Shown: piece by piece, positions 43,100-60,316 of the stretch
Layout of the letters: the number at the start of each line of letters is the position of its first letter
Position numbering within the stretch: position 1 is the stretch's first letter
NCBI RefSeq assembly: GCF_009914755.1
Contig: NC_060931.1
Reading direction: 5' to 3' (one strand)
DNA from: the human T2T-CHM13v2.0 reference genome, Homo sapiens
DNA: 64,000 nucleotides
The notes under the pieces: generated by a model
Databases searched by the model: none
What the model was told of the DNA's origin: nothing
What the model saw: the letters and a program-made list of their open reading frames with translations, nothing else
Made by a program: the position numbers and the translations under genes

Positions 43100-43345
43100 G
43101 ATACAATGGTATATTAAAATAGTTGACTTTACAGTCAGACTTTCTGGTTTTGAGTATTGTTTAGATCTATTAGCAGCATTGTAACCTAAGGCACACTCTA
43201 AATATTTTTAAACTGATTTCCCCAATTATAAAACATAGATAACACTCACATGTGCTTCATAGAATTATTTGAATAAATATGATAAAGCATACATACTGTT
43301 TATTATAGCACCTTAAACACAGAAGTACTAAAATGATAATATTAA
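43100..43345 (+). mobile_element. MIR
   Basis: GACTTTACAGTCAGAC..TGATTTCCCCAATTATAAAA core-like sequence. Confidence 0.5.
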
Positions 43346-43799
43346 CCTCATAATTATTACTTAGCCAATAAAAGAGGGTTTGTGCTAAAATAAGTTATTA
43401 TGTTACTACTTCTCTTTTGATCTATTTATATTCCTTCTTTCCATTGTGGATCCTCAGAAATTGCACAGAAAGAAGGCTAGCTGATTGGATGAGTGGTTGG
43501 ATGGCTTCAGGAATCTTTTCATAAATAATCCTCCTTGAGTGAAACCCTTCATAAAATGTTTTTGTAATATCAACCATTAATACTCAGATTATCAACACAG
43601 ATTCTATAAATTAAAATTTCTCTATAATCCGTTAGAACACTGTCATTTTACTTTATGCTGGTCTCTAGAAGCCATGCTATGACCTGATTAAGTATTATAT
43701 TGTCATATTCTGGCCAGGAGAGCTCAACTGGACTTTGCCTTTATTTTTCTTTGTTTTTCTGTAAAAAGTAAAGAGGCTAGAAAATTAAAGAAAATAAAA

Positions 43800-46310
43800 A
43801 ATTAACACATTGAAAGTCACACCTAGATTTTTCAGATTGTAACATTTTACTGTATTTGCTTCAGATCATTTATAAGAGGAATAACACATTGCAATTGCAG
43901 TTGGCGATTTCATCTTACTCCCTCAATTCTAATTCCAGTTTTACATTTTCTGCCAAAATGTAACCACCACCCTATTTGGCATTTTATATAATTCCTAAAA
44001 ACATTTATTACTTTTATTTCATGCATCTCTAAATTATAGATAGATAGACATAGATGCAGATTTGTAAATATGTAGTAGTGCATCGCATGTTTTTAAATGG
44101 CATATGAGCCTTCATAATTCATATATTCTGCAATTCTTGGTTTTTACTCAACATTATCTGTAGAGTCCATATGTTGACTACAACAGTTTATTCATTCTGT
44201 TCTTTATAGACATTGGGTAGTTTTCAGTGTGGGTCTATTTCAAATAAAAAGAAGGTACAGTGACATACTTGAATAGATGTTTATGGGCTTGCATTTTCCC
44301 TGGATAGAAGAGATAGACTTGGATAAAAGTGATACATGCTTTTACTATTATTGTATCTTTTTTCCTGTCATTGTCCAGGTATGAGAGTTCTCACTGCTAT
44401 AAACTCTTTCTTATGTCCGATGTCAGACTTTTTTAATTTTTGCCAATTTTATGATTATAAAATAGACTTCTATCTTTAATTTTTATTTTCATGATTTATG
44501 AAATTGAAAATCTTTTAAATTATTTTAATAACATGACTTCTTAAAGTTTTCTTGAATGTATTGCTTATATTATTTACCTGTTTATATTTATACGTTCATT
44601 TTTTTACGTTTTAAATTCATTTAAATATTCTTTATATTCTTCTTTTGTCAATTTATTCATTGAAAGTATTTTTCCTCAGACTGGCTTGCTTTTCCTTTTT
44701 TTTTGTTTTTGTTTTTTCTCACAACAATGATTGAGCAAGATAATCACACATAAACATTATTAGCAGGTGCTGACAAATATATATTACCTCTATTTTGTGG
44801 CTTTACATAATACAAATTTTTAAAAAAATTAATTATATTGATCTTCCCAACAGGAAGAAAATGTCATTGTAGAGAATTTAAAGCTACAGGGAAGAATATG
44901 ACACTTTTATGTAATTAATGACACAATTATTGTTGACATTTTGGGCTTCACTTTGTTTTGAAATTTTCCCCTATGAAAAACAGGACCCTGAATATTCATA
45001 GAAATAGACTTACTAGATGAAAAATTTATGTGCATTTTTAAGGATTTTGATTAGATATTTCTAGATTGCCTTCAGAAATTTTGCACCATATTATAATCCC
45101 ACCATGAATTTATGAAAGTATATTCTCCTTCATTTCTTCTCAAAACAAGACTTAAACTTTCCTCATTCTTAATTATTTTAATTTAACCCAATGTAGCCTT
45201 TTCTAAATATTAAAAAATATGTATATTTTTTGAGAAAAAATTCTCTGAAATCAAAAATTAATGTAAAGTGGGTAAAAACACATTTAATCCATCCAGGAAA
45301 AAGGTATCAGTGCATACTCATTACAAACTTTGTGTAAATTTTTAAGCACATCTTCAGTTTTCTTCAAAAATCCTATTTGTTGGTTTTCATTTGTTTCATT
45401 GCTACTGTCAACAGAAATCTTCTTACGAGAATTACAAATAAATAGGAAAACTGTTGATTCCTGCTTCTTTATTCATTCTAGAAACATTATTCTTCTGTCA
45501 TTAATTTTAAAAATAGTTAATGGGTTCTTTTATGCTACCTAGATACGCAAAGATATTAGCAGACCTAATGAAATCTTTTTCTCTGTATTTCTAATTGTTT
45601 ATTATTTCTGTTTTATGAGTTAGGGTTACTGATGATGGCATTTATCTACTTCACATTTTTAATTCTGAAATTGTGTTGTTTTACTTTCCAACATTACACA
45701 CACTTATTGGATTGAGATGCCTTCTTTTTATTACATGAAAGAAATGCTCTTTGATTGCTTTTTTTATTTTTATCAATAATTAGGTGCTAAAATTAATGAA
45801 ATATTTTTAAGCTTTTAAAATAATCTGTAATTATAGGCTTAATTTCACCTTTTATTGATAAATATGTAGGAAGGTATTTTAATAAATTTATAAATATTAG
45901 GTTTTGTTCTTGATGTTCCAATGTGTACTGGATAATAGTCAGCAAATGGATCCATACATTTACTATTTTAATGAGATTTTATTTGCAGTTTATTATATAA
46001 TCAATTTTGATTAATACTCCTTTACCTGCTCAATAGAATTTCAATTGAGTTGTTAAATTATCCTGTAATAATCTCACTTTCACATTTTTCTTTATATTTC
46101 TGCTATTGGGATTTGTTTTATATATTAACAAAATAGTAATTTTGTTATTTAGTCAGTAAAGGTTCATGACTTCAGTTCACATTGTGGATTTTACACGTTA
46201 TGAACATAAAATGGCCCATGAAATTTTTTTCCTTCTATGCTTTTTATATAAAATAAATACACCATATTTGTTTGTTTTGTTTTTATATTGTTATTTTCTG
46301 GCAAATCTTT
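43800..46310 (-). mobile_element. Fragmented ancient L1ME remnants
   Basis: T-rich strand with 3' UTR/ORF2 motifs (AGACATTGGGTAGTTTTCAG, TTTAATTTTTGCCAAT). Confidence 0.5.
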
Positions 46311-46324
46311 TTCTATAATTCTAT

Positions 46325-46740
46325 TATAGTTCCTGAAACAAAGCCTAAAATTTTAGTGGCTTTAAACATTAAAATTTTATTTTAATTTTGTATGAAAAGG
46401 TAAAATTTAGTTTGCCTAATTAATGGGAAGCTCTTCTCACACCAGTGATTCAGGAACTCGGGATTTCTTCATCTTGTTGCCTCGTGGTCTTCACATATGG
46501 CTACCATGGTTCTGCCGACACTGATATCAGCTGGCTGAAACAGGAAAGGGTATGGTGCTGTGCCCTTGAGAAGATTTTACGCACCTGATCTTAAAGGGCA
46601 AACATTTCTACTCTCATTCTATTGGCCAGAATGTAGCATGGTAGTCAAACCTAACTATAAAGAAGGCTGGGAAACATACTTTTGCTCTACTCTCAGGAAG
46701 GAAAAATCAGTTTGGTCAATAACTAAACAAACTTTGCAGG
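46325..46740 (-). mobile_element. MLT1J/K-like LTR
   Basis: CTCATTCTATTGGCCAGAA..CCTAACTATAAAGAAGGCTGGGAAA. Confidence 0.65.
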
Positions 46741-46804
46741 TAATATTTTGAAGTACCTTTTTTAGACATCATTTATATATATATATATATTTTTTAATAT
46801 TACT

Positions 46805-47145
46805 TTAATTAATTTATTTATTTTTGAGACAGGGTCTCACTCTGTCACCCAGGCTAGAGTGGAATGGTGATCTCAGCTCACTGCAATCTTTGCCTCCCAC
46901 ACTCCAGGGCACCTCTCAGGCTCCAGGGTGCCTCTTGGGCTTAAGCAATCCTCCAAACTTAGCCTCCCAGTAGCCGGGACTACAGGTGTGTGCCACCATG
47001 CCTGGCAAATTTTTGTGATTTTTTTGTGTAGAGACAGGGTCTTTCCATATTTCCCAGGCTGTTCTTGAACTCCTGGGCTCAAGCGATCCGCCAACCTTGG
47101 CCTCCCAAAGTGCTGTGATTACAGATGTGAGTGCCTCAACAGGCC
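46805..47145 (-). mobile_element. AluJ with internal insertion
   Basis: GAGACAGGGTCTCACTCTG..CTCCTGGGCTCAAGCGATCC (J diagnostics). Confidence 0.9.
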
Positions 47146-47351
47146 TATGTTATACATGTTTTCACCTCCATTTTTTTCTTTTCATTTATAGCCAGAGGAG
47201 TATAATTTGATTATATTCATGTCATTTTGACATACTTAGCCTTATTTCTGTCAATTTTATGCTCTTTTTTCTCTATGCTTGTACTTCTTCATTTTGATTT
47301 ATCTGCTTAAATATTATTTGGTGATTTAAAAACATTTCCAAGTGCTTAATT

Positions 47352-49104
<1,753 letters not shown>

Positions 49105-49299
49105 AAGTGCTTACTTTTAACTTTATTTTTTAAACAACATTTTTGTGAGTGTGAAAATATAGGAATTCTAAATATAGTACTTAATATGCACCTGGAAATC
49201 TCCAAAAAGCTTCAAGCATATTAACTTATCTAATCCTGACAACAACCTTATGACGTTGGTAGTATTCATAGTCCAAATTTAATCATGAAAAAGTTAACA

Positions 49300-51170
49300 A
49301 AATTTGTATTTCTCTAGTAAGATTGCAAATCTATGTGCAATTAAAATATAGCTTCAAAATGTATAAAATAAAAGTTGACAGAATGTAAAGGACAGATAAA
49401 TAACAGCATTATATTGGAAAACAGTAAGTATTCAAACACAGACAACAATAAAATCAATAATTACATGGAAAATTTGGGCAACCTCTTAAGCAAAATTTAT
49501 TCAATCGATATAAATATACTACCATACTCAACAAATGTAGGATGCCTATCTTTTTCAAGTACACAAGAATGATTTACATAAACTAATGATGTGCTACATT
49601 ATAATTCAACATTTCAAAGAATTGTTGTCATACAAGATGGTCTCTGATCAAATTGGTTATAAGCTAGAAATCCAAACAAAATGAACATTAAAAAATGTCT
49701 ATAAGTTCTAAATTACTAAATACATGTTTAAATAACTATTTAGGTTAAAGTAGTAGATACAATGCCAATTAGAAAAACTTGTTGAGTAAATAGTAAAGAT
49801 ATTACATATAAAACATTTGGGGAAATATAAACGTGCACTTGGAGTGATATTCATAGTCATAAACAAATGTATTTGAGAAGAGGTTTAAGATCAGTACATT
49901 AAGCATACTCAAGTACTTAGAAAGAAAGGAAGTAGAAACTTAAGCCCCCCCAAACCAAAGGAAACAAAATACTAAAAACGAAAGCATATATATATATATA
50001 TATATATAAAATTTTTTTTTTTTAAGACAAGATCTCATTGTGTTGCCCAGGCTGTGCTCAAATAGTCCTCCTGCTTCAGCCTCCTAAATAGCTAGGAATA
50101 CAGGCACAGGCCACCACGCCAGGCTAATTTTTATAGAGAAGGGGGTCTTCCTATGTTGCTCTCAAACTCTTGGTCTCAAGCTATCCTCCTTCCTGTGCCT
50201 CCCAAAGTGCTTGGATTATAGGTTTGAGGCACTGCATCTGGACTGAGAACAGATTTTTTTTTAAATGAAAATAAATATAGTTTAAAACAAAGTAGAAAAA
50301 ATTTTGGTTATTTGAAAATATAAATATAAGTAAAATACTTGTGATGAAACTTACCACGGTAAGACTGGTAAAAAATTCACATATGCATGTGTACATGTTC
50401 ACACAAACACACACACACACATCTCAAAATCAGTCGTGTAAAAGAGAAATCAAAACAGATTTTTAAAACACTAAAATATTAAGGCAGAGGTCCATAGAAA
50501 TATCACATCCAATGACAGAATACATGTTCTTCTCAACTGCATATGGTTCTCCAGAATAGACCATAGTCATAAGTCACTCCTGTATACATTTGAAAATTTA
50601 TAAATCATAAAACTTATGTTATCTGTCCAAAATAGAATGAAAGTAGAACTCTTTCTATGAGGCCATGTTACCATGACACTTGAACCAGGAAAAGACATAA
50701 TGAGAAAAAAACCAAAACACTATGTACAGATTAATATCTTCTATGATTACAGATACAGAGATCATCTACAAAATACAAACTAAATCTAGCAATATAAGAA
50801 GGATAAGACACAATTACCTAGTGGGATTTATCTCAGGAATACAATGATGTTGTAACATACAAAAATCAGTCGGTTTAATATGCCACATTAGTAGAATAAT
50901 GAACAAACACCAAACAATCATCTCAATAGATATTTAAAAGCCTTAGAAAAAATTCAATGCCCTTTTATTATAAAACAGTCAATGAACTAGACATTGAAAG
51001 AAATTTCCTCCATCTGACAAATATCTGTGGAAAACCCATTGGTCATATTATACATAATCATGAAAGACTGAAAGCTTTCCTTCGAAGATAAGAAATAAGA
51101 CATGATTTCCCTGCTTGATAGTTCTATTCAACACTGTATGGGAGGTTCTAGCCAGGGCAATTAACCAGGT
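49300..51170 (+). mobile_element. Ancient L1M ORF2 fragments
   Basis: AGAATACATGTTCTTCTCAA, TTCTATGAGGCCA, GAGGTTCTAGCCAGGGCAATTA. Confidence 0.75.
50012..50242 (-). mobile_element. Degenerate AluJ adjacent to (TA)n
   Basis: Poly-T, GTTGCCCAGGCTG, GCCTCCCAAAGTGCT. Confidence 0.8.
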
Positions 51171-51794
51171 AAATATGTTTTTAGCATACACTAGGACTGA
51201 ACAATAGAGAAGGGCAATCTCTTCAAGGCTTACATTCGTATCTCCATGGAAAATAGGTTATATAGCTCATTGAATAGCAGAGAAGTTCACTGGGTGCCAG
51301 GCCAGAGCTGATCCACAATAAGTGGACAGCTTATGTCCACTCTGGAGTAAAGGTACACTGAAGCTGTCAGACAGGAGTGTAGAGGGTATTGAGGTGCACA
51401 TGGAGAAGGCTGATGTGAGAATATGCAGAGAGCTCAGTATGTGTGAGCCCACTCATTGGCAGGCCAGCATGAGATATAAAATATGCAGTGACTGCACTCA
51501 GCTCTACAGGAGACAACTCAAGGGAGTGTAGGTAGCCAAGTACGGCGGTTGGGTGCCCAGAAGTCATCGGGAACCTAAAGGGAATGTGTGCAGAGGAAGT
51601 CAAGAGTCTGTGTGCAAACAGGGAGACATGAGGTTTGGAGCGCATGGTATATAGGTCAGGAAAGCCACGGCAAGGTCAGGCTGGGATGGAGAGTTTGCTT
51701 AAGGATTGGCCCCTTTGAGCTCATGCCTGGGGCAGTACACAACTGCATGTTCTTCACATGAACTGCTTCAGCCTCACAGGAGAAAGAGGAAAAG

Positions 51795-53790
<1,996 letters not shown>

Positions 53791-53979
53791 GAAAACTTGT
53801 TTTAAAAGAGCAAGTACACCAGATCAAACTATTCTTCCTAAATCCCTCTCATGCCCTCTACTGACCAAGCTTAATATGGAGCTTACTGCAAAACTGAAAT
53901 GCATGAATCCAACTCATTATCGCAGGTACTGAGGGGCAAATTTGAAACGGAGAGGTAATTAGCTGATATCTGGCATAAT

Positions 53980-55215
53980 CTGGAAGAGGAAGAACAATGC
54001 AGGAAGACTTGCTCTATAAAATATAAGGAATCATAAAGCTTTAATAATTAAGTATAGTATTGCTGTGGGGATAGGCAAAGTAAACAACAGAATGGAATAG
54101 AAAGGGTGAAACAGACAAACATAAAACTATGACCAAAAAAGTGGCTCTTAAATATAGAAAAATAAAACTTTTACTAAATATATAAAAAATGTTTTAAAAA
54201 ATGTTGCCTTATCTGATATTATAGGTAGATCACAGTTCTGAATGTGAAGGAGAAAGAGTAATGCTAATATGTAATAACATCATTTCCATAGGATAAAAAG
54301 ATTTGTATTGAGGAAAAGTATACTTCTCATGAAAAAAAGATTATCGAATTGGACTTCTCTAAAATTAATACAATCTAGGCATCAAAATATATCACAAAGA
54401 ATGTGAAAAGACAACTCAGAATAAGGGAAGATATTTGAAATACATGCCTATATCCATAAGGTATGAAAAACACCTACCTATCAATGTTTAAAAAAAGGAA
54501 AAAGAAAATTTCACAACAGACTTGACTAGGTACTAGAAAATATTGGACAACAAAATGGCAAACACAAAGATACTCAACCTTGTTATAATCAAGGAAATGA
54601 AGATTGAAACCACATGAGATAGCACTACAGCTATACCAAAATAGCTAACAGACAAATGTCTGTGAAGACATGGAACAATGAGAATATGAATTGTTCTAAT
54701 CATTTTAGACAAATGTTTGACTTTCAGGTTAAGTATATGTAGCCCTTAAGACCTAGCAGTTCTACGCTATTTATTAATATATACATCACAGAAATATGTG
54801 CACAAGTACTTGAAGAAACACATACAGAAATGTTTCCAGCAGCATTATCTACAATAGAAGCTAAAATCAACCTATGTTTATCAACATTACAAACAATAAA
54901 TAAATGTTAATTTAATGGAATATGATAGAGCAGTAAAACCAACTAAAAATAGAGCTACATAAATATATTGATAGAAAGAAGCCAGATGGATAAGAATACA
55001 TACTTCAATATTCTATTTATGAAAGTCCAAAACAGGTAAAAGATACACAGTGTTTTAAAAGACAGTTTAACTTTGGAGAAGACAAGGATAATAATTGGAA
55101 GAAGGACATAAAAGGAGACTCCAGTGTGCTGGAAATGTTCTGTTTTAAGAACAGGGTAATAGTTACACAAGTGAGTTTGTTTTGTACAAATTTATTGGGT
55201 AAATATATATTTTAT
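53980..55215 (+). mobile_element. L1ME/MD ORF2 end and 3' UTR
   Basis: AAGATACTCAACC..AAGGAAATG, GACCTAGCAGTTCTAC, GAAAGAAGCCAGA..GAATACATAC. Confidence 0.7.
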
Positions 55216-55341
55216 TCTTGACAGTAGATCAACTACAACCTGAGTTTTAGATAATTTTTAATACTTTTCACTCATTTTTAATGTCCTATGGTAGACAGGA
55301 TGAATGAGATAGAGATCCAACAACTTAAGAAATACAATTTC

Positions 55342-56644
55342 CACGATATTGATTCTTCCTATCCCTGAGCATGGAATGTTCTTCCATTTGTTTGTGTCCT
55401 CTTTTATTTCGTTGAGCAGTGGTTTGTAGTTCTACCTGAAGAGGTCCTTCACATCCCTTCTAAGTTGGATTCCTAGGTATTTTATTCTCTTTTAAAATGA
55501 CCATACTGCCCAAGGTAATTTATAGATTGAATGCCATCCCCAGCAAGCTACCAATGACTTTCTTCACAGAATTGGAAAAAAAAGTACTTTAAAGTTCATA
55601 TGGAACCAAAAAGGAGCCAGCATTGCCAAGACAATCCTAAGCCAAAAGAACAAAGCTGGAGGCATTGTGCTACCTGACTTCAAACTATACTACAAGGCTA
55701 CAGTAACCAAAACAGCATGGTACTGGTACCAAAACAGAGATATAGACTATTGGAACAGAACAGAGCCCTCAGAAATAATACCACACATCTACAACCATCT
55801 GATCTTTGACAAACCTGACAAAAACAAGAAATGGGGAAAGTATTCCCTATTTAATAAATGGTGCTGGGAAAACTGGCTAGCCATATGTAGAAAGCTGAAA
55901 CTGGATCCCTTCCTTACTTGTACAAAAATTAGTTCAAGATGGATTAAAGACTCACATGTTAGAACTAAAACCATAAAAACCCTAGAAGAAAACCTAGGCA
56001 TTACCATTCAGGACATAGGCATGGGCAAGGACTTCATGTCTAAAACACCAAAAGCAATGGCAACAAAAGCCAGAATTGACAAATGGGATCTAATTAAACT
56101 AAAGAGCTTCTGCACAGCAAAAGAAACTACCATCAGAGTGAACAGGCAACCTACAGAATGGGAGAAAATATTTACAATGTACCCATCTGACAAAGGGCTA
56201 ATATCCAGAATCTACAAAGAACTTAAACAAATTTACAAGAAAAAATCAAACAACCCCATCAAAAAGTGGGCAAAGGTTATGAACAGACACTTCTCAAAAG
56301 AAGACATTTATGCAGCCAAAAGACACATGAAAAAATGCTCATCATCACTGGCCATCAGAGAAATGCAAATCAAAGCCACAATGGGATACCATCTCACACC
56401 AATTAGAATGGCGATCATTAAAAAGTCTGGAAACAACAGGTGCTGGAAAGGATGTGGAGAAACAGGAACACTTTTACACTGTTGATGGGACTGTAAACTA
56501 GTTCAACCATTGTGGAATACAGTGTGGCGATTCCTCAAGGATCTAGAACTAGAAATACCATTTGACCCAGCCATCCATTACTGGGTATATACCCAAAGGA
56601 TTATAAATCATGCTGCTCTAAAGCCAAATGCACATGTATGTTTA
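55342..56644 (+). mobile_element. L1PA with precise 5' inversion (55342-55493 minus) and deleted 3' end
   Basis: Inverted piece ends ATCAATATCGTG and the sense part begins AAAATGACC (adjacent in ORF2); 272-aa ORF2p fragment 55667-56485; stops at GTATGTTTA without 3' UTR or poly-A. Confidence 0.93.
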
Positions 56645-59354
56645 CCTGACTGTATTATAGTTGTTCTGAGTATAAATTATAATGTGATAAAGAGGAAAAA
56701 ACAAATAGGCAAAACTCAAAATATGAAAATTAATTTTCTGTGGGATGCTTGAGAAAACCATTTGAAACCTATTTCTTGAACTAAAAGTTTAATACAGCAC
56801 ATATTCAGAATATGAATAAAAAATAAATTTAATGTACAAAATATCAAAGTGTTTAATTTCTAAATAAAAATCATATTATTAAATAGCATATATTATAGAA
56901 AGTACCTGAATAGCTTTACATTAACTGGAACTGAATAACAATAAAAACATGGTAAGAGAAAAATGACTGTGTCTTGTGCCCAAATTCTGGGATACACAGA
57001 CTATCTAAAGACATAGAATTTTTCTCATAGAGCATCTGAAATATTCATAGATCCTCCACTGGAATAAATTTATTGCTGCTATAAGGTATATAAAATGTTG
57101 ATAAACTGCTTTCCTGACCTTGGAGAACTTTGTTGGCATATTAAGAGACTTTGATACATAGCAGAATGCAGACATGCTTTGTGATTTGTTGGATGCCCTG
57201 CTCTAGGTCTGCACTATTAGGTTCGTGGGAAACAAGGGGAAGCTTTAGAGAAGGCAGTATGTGCCAATGAGCGATAGTCTCACTGGCAAATGCCCCAAGT
57301 GAAAAACTCTGGGGATTTGAATGTTAAGCAAGTTCATTTAAACACCACACAACCCCAAACTTTATGACACATATATTGTTCCCTGCAGTATATCTCTTTG
57401 ATTTTCTGCTGTCTCTTTGCTTTCCTCACTGGTAACATAGCATTTGACCCCCTGTACCTTGTTTACAAAGCATTGCCTTATGCAGCACATTGGGGCTCTA
57501 ATGAGTGACAGCCATAGCTGGAGAGAGACTACAATAGTGAAAAGTAAAACCAAGCAGAGTTTTAATAACATGAGTCCTGAGCCCTATTAGCTCTACAGAA
57601 ATGTCCTTGGAATATAAAGGCTTCAATGACAAACTGGGGTATGGAAAGTGGGAAATGCTGAAACAAAGTAAGCATTGGAAAAATCAATTGTCAAAATTCA
57701 TTTTTACTTTATATCCCAGAAGCCTCCTTTTAAAACCCACTCACTACAAGATTTCTAGGAAGGGCTTTTAAATCATATTGTTTGTTTTCCTCTAATATTT
57801 AATTTGTAACTTTCATCTGTTTTATCAATGGGTGAGTTCAAGGTTAAAAAGTATACCTAGGCAACAAAAATATAATCAATTCACAAGTAATGAGACACAA
57901 AACTTAATATTTCCCATTTATTCCAATGTATCATTTATCGGATATTTCAGTGCTTTCCCACATGAAATCTATGCTGTTTTATTGACAAAAAAAATTCTAT
58001 CATTTTTTTTTTCTGTTTTAAGAAAGATAATTAGGTGTATTTAAAAATATTTGTAATAAAGGAAAGGAGATTTTCTTCCTAATGGACTCGATGGACTCGG
58101 ATCATGCTTATACAAGTCCTAGACCACCAGTAGTAAAATAACAATGGATAAAATTCCCTTTCCTGCTTCTTGCTTTGAATTTAGCAAGGATTACGTTTCA
58201 GCTATGTAGGTTCTACCCAGAAATACATTATATGTTCTTTTGATTTACCAATTAGCCTTGCATATCTGTGGATGCCTGAGAAGACAACACTAGCGCTGTG
58301 GGTTTTTCTCCATTCTTGTGCTATCAGCAAGTGCATTCTTGGTTTACAACTAGGAGACAAACATCTGGGACTCTCCTTGTGCTGTCTATAGTGGAGGTGG
58401 GAGCATTTATGCCTGCTAGACCAATAGTGAACTAGTGAACTAGTTAATTATTGGCTTTTTAATAAAAGTCATATATAACCCTACTTAGACAATCTAGCTT
58501 AAAACATTCCTTTTCAAAATTCTGGAGGTTGATGGATTTAACTTTTGCCTAGCAATGTTTTACAGACACAATGCCGCTATGCATTTTAAAATTTAGAATA
58601 TTGGATGTTAGAACTTTTCAGTGAGTTTGAAGGAAATATCCATTTAAGTCATCTTAAAAACAATGTAAGAAGTTGCTATTACATCAACTACATTACTTAA
58701 ATTCTCTACTGATTACACACGTGAATAAGACAATGCAACTTATAAAGCCTATTAGTTATTAAACATATTAATGTGTATTACCACTTAAAGTAATTACATT
58801 GGTCAAATGTGATCTGGTCTGGAATTGCCTCAGTTCCTCACTTTTGTTGCAACGCAGAATCTATTTCACTACCTCTTTTACTCACTAGGCTTGACACTAA
58901 AAGTAATTAGATTTTAGTAAATTGGACTCTCGATTAGTATAATATTATTGGATATTTTTGTATAATATATATGGATGTTTTTCATTTGTTTTTCCAGACT
59001 CATCTTCCACTCTCTATCCTGCTCCATATGCCAGGAAGCTGACCTATGCAAGCCACATCAACTGGCTCCCTTGCCTTTTGGCTTCCAGTTATGTTGTGCT
59101 AATAGGAGGCACCAGTCACAGATTGGCCCATAAGGGAAAACGAAGATTTGCTAGGTTTTTCTACTGAATGCCAAAGCTTTTTTTTATTCAGTCCTCTTCA
59201 TGCAATTACACTTTCATTAAGCAAACCTCCCAGTCCTCTTTGCCCTAGGGTCACTGGTCTCTCACTACTGCAGCTACATAGAAAGGGATGGTATTTGCCA
59301 ACACCCTTTATCAGTTTCTGTAAGCTCTTTTAAAAACACTGGAAGTAATATCAT

Positions 59355-59562
59355 TTTTTGTTTTTGCTTGTTTGTTTGGTTGGTTGTTTTTGTTTGTTTT
59401 TTACCACAGGAGGGGTTCATGGGCCTCACTCTGTTGCCCAGGCTGGAGTACACTGGCGTGATTATAGCTCACATGACTGAGTGGAGTGAACGCAGTTCTC
59501 TGGAGTGATTGTAGCCTCCAACTCCTGGACTGAGCCCATCCTCTTGCCACCATACCTAGCCT
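59355..59562 (-). mobile_element. Old Alu monomer (FAM/FLAM/AluJ-like), rearranged
   Basis: T-rich tail, CTCACTCTGTTGCCCAGGCTGGAGTAC, GCCTCCAACTCCTGG. Confidence 0.7.
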
Positions 59563-59615
59563 GAAATTAATACCTTAATTAAACTCTTCAGTCACCCACT
59601 TTAAATGTGCTCCTG

Positions 59616-59887
59616 GGCCAGGTGCAGTGGCTCATGCCTGTAATCTCAGCACTTTGAGAAGTGGAGGAGGGCAGATCACTGGAGGTCAGGGGTTCCAGAC
59701 CAGCCTGGCTAACATGGTAAAACCCTGTCTCTACTTAAAATACAAAAATTAGTCCAGCATGGGGGTGTGCACATGTAATCCCAGCTACTTAGGAGGCTGA
59801 GGCAGGAGAATCGCTTGAACTTGGGAGGTGGAGGCAATAATGAACAGAGAGCTCACCAGAGACTCTGTCTCAAAAAAAAAAAAAAAA
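59616..59887 (+). mobile_element. AluS with right-arm deletion
   Basis: Alu dimer, poly-A; degenerate TSD GTGCT(C/T)CTG. Confidence 0.92.
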
Positions 59888-59984
59888 GTGCTTCTGGTTT
59901 TCTACTAGATCTATGAATAATAGGTATAATTTTTTAGAGTTAACCTTTAGACATATTTTAAAAATAAGTATTAGCCAGGTGTGG

Positions 59985-60316
59985 TGGCGCAGGACTTTTC
60001 CTTAGTTCAGCAAAGACGGCGTCCTTGTCCGTCCCATGGCCATGGAAATTTAGGCTCGCGGACAGTTTGAAGGGTGAGCAAAGCAGGGTTTTACTGGGTG
60101 AAAAGGAAGAAAAGGGGGAAACAGGGACTCTGGCCAAGCAGAGTCCCTGCTAGAGGGCTTCCTGCAAGGCCATTTGAATCTCAGATTCCACACAGGAAGA
60201 GGAGGGTCCAGGCCCCTCCCTGCTGCAAATGTCATGAACTTTTTGAGACTCCACCCCAGTGGAGTCCGGGCTGGTTGAGGTTTCTTCAGGGACCCTCTCC
60301 CATCTGGCTGTCTCAT
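59985..60316 (-). mobile_element. MER61A-like ERV1 3' LTR
   Basis: Minus strand begins TGAGACAGCCAGATGGGAGAGGGTCCC, immediately preceded by polypurine tract GAGGGGGAA (60317-60325). Confidence 0.75.

Larger units (their letters stand above)
58975..59920 (-). mobile_element. LTR33-like ERVL LTR interrupted by two Alu-family inserts
   Basis: CCTGCTCCATATGCCAGGAAGCTGACC..GGCTCCCTTGCCTTTTGGCTTCCAGTT. Confidence 0.7.

Noticed and set aside
55667-56485. Longest ORF (272 aa)
   Set aside because: Fragment of L1 ORF2p in a truncated, inverted, promoterless copy
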